This document shows positions 1 through 9,361 of a stretch of 64,000 bases of DNA, piece after piece. This stretch comes from a virus (taxonomy: Duplodnaviria; Heunggongvirae; Uroviricota; Caudoviricetes). The DNA lies in the IMG/VR virus record IMGVR_UViG_2799112923_000002, positions 1 to 64,000 of that record; one strand, 5' to 3'. The notes below the pieces were generated by a model, which saw only the letters and a program-made list of their open reading frames with translations, did not search any database and was not told where the DNA came from. The first letter of the stretch is position 1. The number at the start of each line of letters is the position of its first letter. Position numbers and translations under genes: made by a program.

Positions 1-577
1 ATTGTCCTGCAATTTTAAGTTTTCCATCTTCAGATGTTCAGGACATTAAAAATTCAGGATAAACTGCATTTGGAAGATCTAATTCAAAATAATTTCTTGG
101 GCAATCATATAAACCAGATGCTTCTGCATATCCATATTTGGAAAAATCAAACTGAGTGTTCCCATAAAAAGTATTTTCCATTAAAGAGTGGACATAAGAT
201 CCGTGTTCGCAGGCCTCATCTCTATTATTTGCTCAGTCTAATTTAATTTTTTCAACTTCTTTATTAAATTCTTCCTCATTTATATTATATTTTTCTAATA
301 TATTAGAATTTCATTTTTTAGTTGTTTGGAGTTTTATTTTAAGATTTGATCAAACATCTCCATCTAAAAATAATTCTAAAGCTTTATACTTAGATCAGAA
401 ATCCTCATCAAATTTGTTTTCATATTCTCCAATTAAAGTGGTAACTGAAATATAATGAGATCCGTCATTTTTGTTTATATAAAGATGGTTTGCATCATTA
501 AAAAACAATTCTTTATTTTCTTTATCTACACTCAGTCCATACAATTCTTTATATTCAATTCCATCTAACTTTGGCAT
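1..577 (-). CDS. Hypothetical protein, 5' partial in window (start codon at 577, runs off the window start); contains in-frame TGA codons
   Basis: ORF 395..577 continues downstream through TGA codons when TGA is read as Trp; the DGSHYISVTTLIG stretch is weakly nuclease/recombinase-like. Confidence 0.35.
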
Positions 578-620
578 TTTTAATTCATTTTACATTATTC
601 ATAATCATCTACAATTTATT

Positions 621-1013
621 CTATTCGATTTCTTCTGCACTCTTTGCTATAGTTAATTCTTCGGGCGTAAGTTCAGAATAACCAAACGGAGGAATCCTTG
701 TTTTGCATCCTAATTTAGAACATCTCATTAATGTGGCTTTAGCTAAAGCTGTATTGGTTTCGTCTAACTTTTGTCTAAGGGATGCGTTAATATCTTCAAG
801 TTCTGTAATACGTGCATCTCTTTTTTCTGCACGTTCGTTTAATTTTTCTATTTGCTCTTGAAGTTCATTTACTAATTTGCTTCATCTATTGTCTTCTTTT
901 TCAGCATTGTCTATTTTCATGCTTTTTTTAGTTTCTCTAATAGTCAATAGACTTATTAGTCCGCCTCCAGCTAACGCTCCGATTATTGCAATTATAATTG
1001 ATACTCAATCCAT
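621..1013 (-). CDS. Membrane protein with N-terminal transmembrane helix and coiled coil (about 130 aa, one TGA=Trp)
   Basis: Manual reverse translation: MDWVSIIIAIIGALAGGGLISLL..., heptad-like EKLNERAEKRDARITELEDINASLRQKLDE, TAG stop at 621-623. Confidence 0.45.
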
Positions 1014-1212
1014 TTTTCTACTTTAAGATTAGTTATTTTACAATACATGTACTTATAGTCCTATTATTTTCCGGGCAAATATAATAATTTATTTTGATAT
1101 TTCCAAATTTTACACTTGTAATTTTGAAAGAAAATTCTTATATTTGTGCCAAAATATAAAATATAATGAATTATGAACGAAAAGATTGAATATTTAATAA
1201 ATGTTAATGTAA

Positions 1213-1962
1213 ATGGACAGTAAAAATAAATTTGATATTGAAAAATTTAAGCATCTAGGTAAATACATGAACTATGAGCTCAATATGCCTAATTTTAAAG
1301 AAATTAATGGAATTATATATAAACTTTGTACAAAATGTAAGAAATATAAACCAATGACGGACGAATATTTTTACAAAAGATCAAATGTTAAATGCGGATA
1401 TAATTCCACTTGTAAAGATTGTGAGAAAGAAAAAGAAAAATCTAGAATAAGAGTTCCTTCATTTAATGATAAAGGTGAATTATATTGTCGTACATGTAAA
1501 ACATACAAGCCTGTATCTGAATTTTATACTGGATCCGGAATAAAGTGTAGAGAAAATTATTCACTGGAATGTAAAGAGTGTGAAAGTAAAAGAAAGAAAA
1601 TTGCTTGAGCTTCAAAACAAAAAGACAATAAAGAATTTTTCTTAAAACACTTACTTTATGGTTGTAAAACACGAGCTTTAAGAGAAAAACTTCCATATAA
1701 TCTAGATGCAGAATTTATAGCACAATTATATAATGAACAAAATGAAAAATGTGCCCTCAGTAATTTAAAAATGTCAACTACTGTTCAGTCTGGAAAGAAT
1801 CCATACAATGCATCAATTGATAGAATTGTTCCAGAATTAGGATATATAAAAGGGAACGTACGACTTGTATGTTCTCACGTTAATATGATGAGATCAAATT
1901 TAGAAGATGAACAATTAATTAAATTTTGTAAAGCAATTATTAATTATGCAGAATCAAAGTAA
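1213..1962 (+). CDS. HNH endonuclease with N-terminal CxxC zinc-ribbon repeats
   Basis: ORFs 1213..1608 and 1771..1962 are in one frame joined across TGA (1606-1608) read as Trp; C-terminal SIDRIVPELGYIKGNVRLVCSHVN is a typical HNH motif. Confidence 0.6.
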
Positions 1963-2211
1963 AATAGAATCATTATTAGCTTTTTTGAAGAAAGGTAATA
2001 AAATAAAAATAAAACCAGAAAATAAAGGCAAATTTTCTTCTTATTGTGGTGGAAAAGTTACTGAAGCGTGTATCCAGAAGGGTTTACATTCTTCAAATCC
2101 CGCAACAAGAAAGAGAGCCAATTTTGCTAGAAATGCAAGACGTTGATCAAAGAAACATCAGTTTGGTGGAATTATAGATGAACCTATTGTTAAATCACTT
2201 ATAAAATGATA
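1946..2211 (+). CDS. Small basic protein (reads through two TGA=Trp)
   Basis: ORF 1946..2146 extends to a TAA at 2209-2211 when TGA=Trp. Confidence 0.3.
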
Positions 2212-2301
2212 AAATGATTTAAGAAAAAAACTCCAAGAGCTTGACAATTTGGAGATAAACCAAAAGTACATTGATTATCTACTAATAAATCAAAGTATGA
2301 T

Positions 2302-2692
2302 ATGGAAACCTTTTGTAAAATTGCGTTAACTCAGATATTAAATATAAATGATATAGAGTTAATAATAATTACAAACGATAAAGTACTTAACAGATTCGAT
2401 TCTTCAAATATAGAGATGCAAGCATTGCTACAATGTGATTTTGAAAAGCATAAGTATCGATTAACTTTACATAGTAAAATTAGTCAATCGATGCTTTCTA
2501 TAATTATATGTCATGAATTAATTCATTTAAAGCAATATGAAAAAGGAGAATTAAAGGCTGCAAAAGGTGGAATGATATGAAAAGGAGATTTTTATAAAAA
2601 GGAAACTCCTTATTTTGACAGACCTTGAGAAATAGAAGCTAATAAAGAAATGGAATTTTTAGAAAAAGATGTATTAAAGTTGTATTATGAAT
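2302..2692 (+). CDS. Hypothetical protein with HExxH-like motif (CHELIHL), two TGA=Trp
   Basis: ORF 2302..2580 extends through TGA to a TAA at 2690-2692, overlapping the amidase start. Confidence 0.4.
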
Positions 2693-3352
2693 AATGTTAT
2701 AGAATTAAAACCAGCCGTGGTTACAGGTTATAGATTTTGAATATTATTAGATAATGGACATGCTAAATCAACCCCTGGAAAACGCTCCCCTAAGTTTGAA
2801 GATGGAAAGCAATTTTTTGAATATGAATTTTCAAGAGATATTGTAAAAAGAATTTCTTTAGAACTCGAAAAATTAAATATTCCTTATAAAATAGTTACTC
2901 CAGAAGTAGATCAAGATATAGCTTTGACTACTCGAGCAAATAGAGTAAATAGATATTGTTCAAAATTTGGAAAGAATAACTGTTTATTAATTTCTGTTCA
3001 TGCAAATGCTGCAGGGATGGGAGATAAATGAATGAATGCTAGAGGATGAAGTGTTTGAACAACAAAAGGAAAAACAAAATCAGATGAATATGCAGATGTT
3101 TTTTATAAAGAGGCAGAAAAACTCCTACCTTTATATGGAATGACTTTAAGAAAAGATCTTACAGATAAGGATTATGATTACGAATCTGATTTTACAATTC
3201 TTTACAAGAGTTGATGTCCTGCAATATTAACAGAAAATCTTTTTCAAGATAATAAAATAGATTGTGAATTTTTAATGTCTGAAAAAGGACGCGAAGTTAT
3301 TGCACAAATTCATGTAAATGCAATAAAAAAGATTGTAATTGGTGAATCTTAG
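2687..3352 (+). CDS. N-acetylmuramoyl-L-alanine amidase (Amidase_3-type endolysin), 221 aa with five TGA=Trp
   Basis: Manual translation gives LLISVHANAAGMGDKWMNARGWSVWTTKGKT...AILTENLFQDN, matching conserved amidase_3 blocks only if TGA=Trp; ends at TAG 3350-3352. Confidence 0.8.
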
Positions 3353-3384
3353 TTTATATTAACAAATTAAAAATTAAATAATTA

Positions 3385-3564
3385 TGGCAAAAACAAATGA
3401 TTTAAAAGTCCTACACGAAGCTGTTGTAGGCCGCACTATTCCAATGGAAATGGATTTTGATCCCAAAGAATTATCAGATCAGTATGCACACACACCATAT
3501 GTTGATCCTAAATGTAAATTATATGGTATGCCTGATGCTGAAGAATCACAAAGTGAAGGATAAT
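3385..3564 (+). CDS. Small hypothetical protein (59 aa)
   Basis: ATG...TAA ORF between the amidase and the membrane protein. Confidence 0.3.
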
Positions 3565-3568
3565 AATT

Positions 3569-3838
3569 ATGTTTAAACTTTTAAATGCTATTGGAAAAGA
3601 CAAGTGGATGCATTTCACACTTAGTCTTATATTAATGCAATTAATTTATGCTGTATTATCAGCTGTTGGTCTTGGCGTATATGCTATTATACCAGCACTT
3701 GTTGTTACAATGGCTGTAGGTATAATAAAAGAATTTAAAGATAAGAAAGAAACAGGTCTTTTTGATCATCATGATATTGTTGCAGATTTTCTTGGATGCT
3801 TTACAGCAACAGTTATCGCTTCATTATTATTAATCTAA
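3569..3838 (+). CDS. Putative holin (small two-transmembrane protein next to the endolysin)
   Basis: 89 aa with two hydrophobic helices; position after the amidase; terminator follows at 3860-3890. Confidence 0.5.
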   Translation: MFKLLNAIGKDKWMHFTLSLILMQLIYAVLSAVGLGVYAIIPALVVTMAVGIIKEFKDKKETGLFDHHDIVADFLGCFTATVIASLLLI

Positions 3839-3859
3839 ATGATTTAAAAATAAAACAAA

Positions 3860-3890
3860 AATCCCGACTCAAAAGAGCCGGGATTTTTTT
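3860..3890. terminator. Rho-independent terminator (aatcccg...cgggatt + T-run)
   Basis: 7-bp GC-containing stem followed by tttttttg. Confidence 0.6.
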
Positions 3891-4124
3891 GTTAAAAGCG
3901 TCTGTGAGAAGCTTTTAAATAATATTAAAAATATTAAAATTTTTATAATTGAGTACCATCATATAGACAGACTCGTTACGAATCATCATATAGACAAAAC
4001 TTTTGAGAAATATCTTATAGACTCTCCTCAATTACAAAGATAAATATTTTTTTTGAAAAAAGCAAATTTTATAGAAAATTATTTTACATTTTTAAATCCG
4101 CCATAAAATATAAGTTTCTGTACT

Positions 4125-5075
4125 TTATGCGGTTTCTATAGTCCAGCCAGAAGGAATACCGTTGTCACCAGTTACATCCCAGTCAGCTAAAGTAGATTTC
4201 ACGAAAGTTCCGGTGTCACTAACTCCAGATACCCATCCGCCAGTATAAGTGCTTGACGGTGTGGTTGTAAACAACGCTTTTATATACGAAAGATTATTGC
4301 AATCGTAAAACATAAATTCATAGCAATAATTTACGAGCGTAGTTGCCGGAAGAACTGGAGCTTCGATTAAGGAAGTGCATCTGGAAAACATATTCGCATA
4401 GCATTCTCTTGCGAGCGTAATTGCCGGTAATTTTGGAGCAGCTACCAAAGAAACACAGCGATTGAACATATTTGCATAGCAACTTTCTGCAAGCGTCGTC
4501 GCCGGGAGCACTAGCGGACTTCCATCTTTGCTTAATACCCACGAATAGCTAAGATCCCTATAATAGTCTGCGAAGAAATATGCAAAAGCGTATCTTTCTA
4601 CTGAGTTCAAATCCTCAAAGTTCGCCTTTCTAATCAAAGACATAATATTCCCATACACATAACATGGCTTGTTTGACCAAAAATTACAATTATTAGCAGC
4701 AAAACCATAACCCTCAGAATAATATCCATATGAAGAATTATTCCCTCGGATTAGAACTTTATCTCCAGAATTAAGAGAAGCAATCGTTGCGCCGCGAACA
4801 CCATCGTCCGTAACGACAGCTTCCACTTCTATTCATGTCACTCCATTATCAGTAGATACATCTACCTTCAGAGGAGCAATACCATCAGATTCAGCTAAAG
4901 CTGTTTGCCGGAAATAAATCGTTGTACCATCTTGTGTGGCTTCTATAGTAAATGGAACGAGTAGATCCCCGTATACTTTTTTACGAAGGTCGTCAATCTT
5001 ATTTTTGACAAAGGTCTCGACTTCCTTATAGGTGTGCCCGTTCCAGGGCTCTTGTAATGTGTTTATTGTACTCAT
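4125..5075 (-). CDS. Tail fibre / receptor-binding paralog A with BspA-like LRRs (about 316 aa, one internal TGA=Trp at 4833-4835)
   Basis: ORFs 4833..5075 and 4125..4826 are joined by TGA; shares the FTIEAT...PLKVDVSTDNG N-terminal block and the YIKALFTTTP...GWV...GTFVKS...SGWT C-terminus with 5088..6677 and 7564..9315; repeated LPATTLA..CY..MF..C.SL units. Confidence 0.7.
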
Positions 5076-5087
5076 ATTTTCTTAGTT

Positions 5088-6677
5088 TTATTCAGTTTGA
5101 ACGGTCCAACCGGAAGGAATTCCGTTTCCACCAGTAACATCTCAAGCGGCAGAAGCAGACTTAACAAAGGTGCCGGAAAGACTTACACCTTGTACTCAGT
5201 TGTAAGTGTAAGTATTGGAAGGAGTAGTGGTGAACAACGCCTTAATGTATGAAAGATTTCTGCAACCATCGAACATTGTGTTATAGCAGTATGGTGCCAG
5301 TGTAGTAGACAATAGCTCCGGTGCAGTAGTTAATGAAGTACAGTTTTGGAACATAGAATCATAACAGCTGTTTACTAATACTGTCGCAGGAAGTTCCGGT
5401 GATATAGTCAACGAAGTGCAATTTCGAAACATACGTCTATAACAGTTGTCTGCAAGTGTCATTACAGGAAGTTCTGGAACAGTTGTTAATGAAGTACAAC
5501 CCTGAAACATACCTGAATAGCAACTATCTGCAAGTATCGTTGCAGGAAGTTCTGGAACAGTCGTCAATGAAGTACAACCAGAAAACATATTATTATAACA
5601 ACCATTTGCTAATGTCGTTGCAGGAAGATTTGAAACAGTTGTCAATGAAGTACAACCACGAAACATGTCTCGATAACAAAGTTTTTCAAGAGATGTTGCT
5701 TTGAGATCAGGAGTTTTAATTAACGAAATACAATTAACAAACATATTACTATAACAACTAACTGCCATTGTAATTGCTGGTAATTCTGGAGCAACGGTTA
5801 AAGAACTACAACCAACAAACATAGCTGAATAGCAATAACTCTCAAGTTTCATTACTGGTAATTCCGGAGCAGCAAGCAATGATGTACAATTCTGAAACAT
5901 ACCTGAATAACAAGAAGGTGCGAGTACTGTTGCTGGTAATTCTGGAGCAATTGTTAATGAAGAACATCCTCTAAACATATTACTATAACAACCTAATGCG
6001 AGTACAGTCGCTGGTAATTTCGGTGTAATAGTTAATGAAGAACATCCTCGAAACATATCACCATAACAATTCTTTGCAAGTGATGTTGCAGGAAGAAGTA
6101 TTGGACACTCATTTTTATTTAGTACTCAAGACCAATCTGGATCTTCATCATAGTCATTGTAATCAGAGAAAAAGTATGCAAAAGCATTTTTTCCAATCGA
6201 CTGTAATTTCTCAAAACCTGTTTTTCTGATTAGAGACATCATGTTGCCATATACATAACATGGTTTATCTGCTCAAAAATGACAATGATATATGTCCCTT
6301 TCAGCAGATCCTGAAAAACACCCATATGCAGAATTGTTACCTTTAATTATTATTTTGTCCCCAGGATTCAAAGAAGCAACGATACTGCCTGGAATACCAT
6401 TCTCTGCAGGAGCTGCGGTGATCTCCCTTCATGTCTGTCCATTATCAGTAGAAACATCTACTTTTAGTGGATCTAATTCGTCATAAACAGAATCAATAGA
6501 CTGTTGAAAATATATTTTTGTGCCGTTCTTAGTAGCCTCGATGGTAAATGGTCTCTTCTCGGGGTATTTCTCATACATCTTTTCTCCGCCCTTTTCCCAA
6601 AGATCCCTAAAAGCATCCTTCACATATTTTTCTACTCCAGAGTAGTCTATGTCTTTCCAAAGTTTGCTATCTACCAT
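5088..6677 (-). CDS. Tail fibre / receptor-binding paralog B with BspA-like LRRs (about 529 aa, several TGA=Trp)
   Basis: ORFs 6429..6677, 5196..6056 and the C-terminal piece TYTYNWVQGVSLSGTFVKSASAAWDVTGGNGIPSGWTVQTE join when TGA=Trp; TAA stop at 5088-5090. Confidence 0.65.
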
Positions 6678-6679
6678 AA

Positions 6680-6799
6680 CTATTCCTCCTCTTCGGTTAA
6701 TATTTCGTCCAGCTGCTCTAACTGATCCTTTATGAAATCCTCTATCTCCTTAAAGGTATGTCCTTTCCAGGGTTCATCTAAATTTTGAATCATACTCAT
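6680..6799 (-). CDS. Small ORF (39 aa) homologous to the extreme N-terminus of paralog A, abutting the start of paralog B
   Basis: MSMIQNLDEPWKGHTFKEIEDFIKDQLEQL vs paralog A MSTINTLQEPWNGHTYKEVETFVKNKIDDL; TAG stop at 6680-6682 lies 2 nt from the paralog B ATG (6675-6677) in another frame. Confidence 0.45.
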   Translation of the reverse strand: MSMIQNLDEPWKGHTFKEIEDFIKDQLEQLDEILTEEEE

Positions 6800-6818
6800 A
6801 GTAATTTTATTAAATTAA

Positions 6819-7458
6819 TTAAATAATTCCAATTCCATAATAGTCTCCTTCTTCACCAGAAATCTTAATTGGCAGAACATCTGATCATAAAGACTCTGAG
6901 ATTCCTTTATAAGTAGCATTTTTTAGATTTGTATTTTCTCTTGTCCACTCTGGATTTGGAATTCTTAGGCCTAGGCCAAAATGTCTATTAAAACTGATAC
7001 CATTATTATCTAAAAAGTCATATAGTTCGTCATAGGATGTATTACTATTAAAGACGAAATATTCGGTTGGAATACTTCCAGAAGCTACACATCATCCTTT
7101 TTTAGATCTAGTATGTATAGACACATCTTCGTCTGAATCATATTCCTTTTTTCTGTTATGTTTAGCGTAATGCAAAAGAACAATCTCTGCACCTTCGTAA
7201 TTCATTAATGGATGATATACTTCATATCTTCTATCTCCGTGTTTTAGATCTCCTCTAATAGTTAATGTAGGAGCAGAGTTAAGAAGACTTAGAGCATCAA
7301 TATCTCCACCACTCTTTCCAGGTCAGACCAATTTATCATCTCAAATATAAGGATCTAGTCAAGCGATATAAGGTTCAGTTGCAGTAAGTCGTTCGTTAAG
7401 ATTCTGAATTATATACCTTCTATGAATAGCGTCGTAAATAACTTTTTTATCGTTCATG
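6819..7458 (-). CDS. Tail-associated protein sharing the N-terminal anchor module (MNDxKxIYDAIH) with 7564..9315; about 212 aa with five TGA=Trp
   Basis: Manual reverse translation MNDKKVIYDAIHRRYIIQNLNERLTATEPYIAWLDPYIW... ends TAA 6819-6821; no ORF is listed here because of the TGA codons. Confidence 0.5.
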
Positions 7459-7563
7459 CTTATATAAATTTTAAAATAGTGTCTGTGAGAGGCTTTTTGT
7501 TAGTAATGTTTTTATTTCTTAGATTATTTATTGTTGTGCAATCTGTGATATAGTTGTAAAATG

Positions 7564-9315
7564 TTAAAATTCAAAAAATTCAACTCTACTTTCATCCCCG
7601 GCCAATTTAATCCGGGCCATGAAACCAATTTCACTAATTGAATCTCTTGACCCAAAGACAAATTCGACACCCGTAGCAAACAGATAACGACATGATTCGT
7701 TTAAACAGTAGTACAGGATTTGATCATAATTATAACGCAATAAAATGTTCCGTTTTTCGTCAACCAAATTCCGCATCTCATCATAAGAAACGGATTTTCC
7801 GTCAATCTTAAAACAACTCAATGCCGTTTCCAACGATAGATCTCTTTGGTTATGAAATTCTTCCAAATCAATGATAATTGGATCTGAAATGCCGATATTC
7901 TCTCTAATCTGCTCTTTCTGTGCTTCTGTAAGGCTCATTGGTGCAGTGGTGACAGGCACATTTCCTGTACTCTCACCTTCTTTGACTGTCCAACCGGAAG
8001 GAACCCCATCATCGCCAGTAACAGACCAAGTTGCAGATGCAGACTTCACGAAGGTACCGTTTGCCGCGACGTTGTTCACCCAGCCACTTGTGTAGGTGTT
8101 CCCCGGCGTTGTGGTGAAGAGCGCCTTGATATACGCAAGGTTCGTGCAGTTGAAGAACATATAGTTGTAGCATTCGTTCGTAAGAGTAGTGGCGGGAAGC
8201 TCAGGAGCAGCAGTCAGTCCCGTGCAGCCCTCAAACATACTGCCGTAGCAGGCCTCCGCGAGCGCGGTGGCGGGTAACGTAGGCGCAGCGGTTAACCCAG
8301 TGCAGTCCCTGAACATATTGGAGTAGCATCTATTCGCAAGAGTAGTTGCTGGGAGTTCTGGAGCAGTAGTCAGACCAGCACAATGGTCGAACATTTGGTT
8401 GTAGCAAGACTCCGCAAGAATAGTAGCGGGGAGTGCGGGAGCACTTGTAAGACTCGTGCAGCCCTGGAACATACTGTAGTAGCAGCGTTCTGCAAGAGTG
8501 ATGGTGGGAAGCGCGGGAGCAGCGGTCAAACCAGTACAACCGGAGAACATCCAGGTATAACATCCCAGTGCGAGAGTAGTAGCTGGAAGTTCTGGAGTGC
8601 TCGTCAGTTCAGGGACACTTTGGAACATACCACAGTAACAGAACTCAGCGAGGGTAGTGGCAGGAAGCAGAAGTGGATCTTCCTCGTCGAGCACAACCCA
8701 CGGCTCGAGTTCTGAGTTATAATCCGAGAAGAAATATGAGAACCCATAATCCGCAACTGTGCGAAGTCTGGCAAAGTCATCCCCGCCAACAAGCGACATA
8801 ATATTACCTGACACCTTGCATTCATGGTCAGCCCAAAAGTTGCAGTTATCAACCGCTTCGCCCTCCGAATCAGAAAGATACCCATAAGCCTGGTTTCGTC
8901 CACGGATAAGAACCTTTTCCCCAGCATTAAGGGAAGCAAGGGTTGCACCAGGTACATCATCTTCTGCAGGGGCAGCTGTAACTTCAGTCCAAGTTGCACC
9001 ATCATCGGTTGAAACCTCGACTTTTAGAGGGTCCAACCCATCATTTACTGCATAATCAGATTGACGGAAATAAACTGTAGTCCCATCTTCAGTAGCTTCG
9101 ATGGTAAAATATTCCTTATACTTATCTAAATCAACACCCACTTCATTAGCCAGTTCAGTAACCTTATCATTAACAGCTTTAGCGGTAGGATACTGTTCAT
9201 TAGATTCAGTTACAGTTGATACCTTATTACTTTTATCTTCCTTTCTAGTCAATGAATTCACAAGATCTTTATATTTCTTATGAATGGCATCATAAATAGT
9301 TTTTATATCGTTCAT
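7564..9315 (-). CDS. Tail fibre / receptor-binding paralog C (583 aa) with BspA-like LRRs; GC-rich LRR core contains no TGA codons
   Basis: Single uninterrupted ORF; N-terminus MNDIKTIYDAIHKKYKDL; middle 7870-9000 is markedly GC-rich with repeated LPATTLA..CY..MF..CTGLT units; conserved C-terminal block. Confidence 0.8.
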   Translation of the reverse strand: MNDIKTIYDAIHKKYKDLVNSLTRKEDKSNKVSTVTESNEQYPTAKAVNDKVTELANEVGVDLDKYKEYFTIEATEDGTTVYFRQSDYAVNDGLDPLKVEVSTDDGATWTEVTAAPAEDDVPGATLASLNAGEKVLIRGRNQAYGYLSDSEGEAVDNCNFWADHECKVSGNIMSLVGGDDFARLRTVADYGFSYFFSDYNSELEPWVVLDEEDPLLLPATTLAEFCYCGMFQSVPELTSTPELPATTLALGCYTWMFSGCTGLTAAPALPTITLAERCYYSMFQGCTSLTSAPALPATILAESCYNQMFDHCAGLTTAPELPATTLANRCYSNMFRDCTGLTAAPTLPATALAEACYGSMFEGCTGLTAAPELPATTLTNECYNYMFFNCTNLAYIKALFTTTPGNTYTSGWVNNVAANGTFVKSASATWSVTGDDGVPSGWTVKEGESTGNVPVTTAPMSLTEAQKEQIRENIGISDPIIIDLEEFHNQRDLSLETALSCFKIDGKSVSYDEMRNLVDEKRNILLRYNYDQILYYCLNESCRYLFATGVEFVFGSRDSISEIGFMARIKLAGDESRVEFFEF

Positions 9316-9331
9316 ATTTATATAAATTTTT

Positions 9332-9358
9332 AAAATAGCCCCATATAGGGGCTATTTT
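9332..9358. terminator. Bidirectional hairpin terminator (tagcccc-atata-ggggcta) flanked by A- and T-runs
   Basis: Perfect 7-bp inverted repeat between convergent/adjacent minus-strand genes. Confidence 0.55.
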
Positions 9359-9361
9359 GGT

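Noticed and set aside
34-246. Plus-strand ORF 34..246 (70 aa)
   Set aside because: It lies antisense to the minus-strand gene that runs through this region when TGA is read as Trp, and has low-complexity composition.
4318-8715. Short ORFs on the opposite strand or other frames within the LRR tail-fibre genes (4318..4542, 5456..5704, 7871..8095, 8330..9012)
   Set aside because: They arise from the periodic LRR-coding repeats and are embedded in the continuous, homology-supported minus-strand genes.
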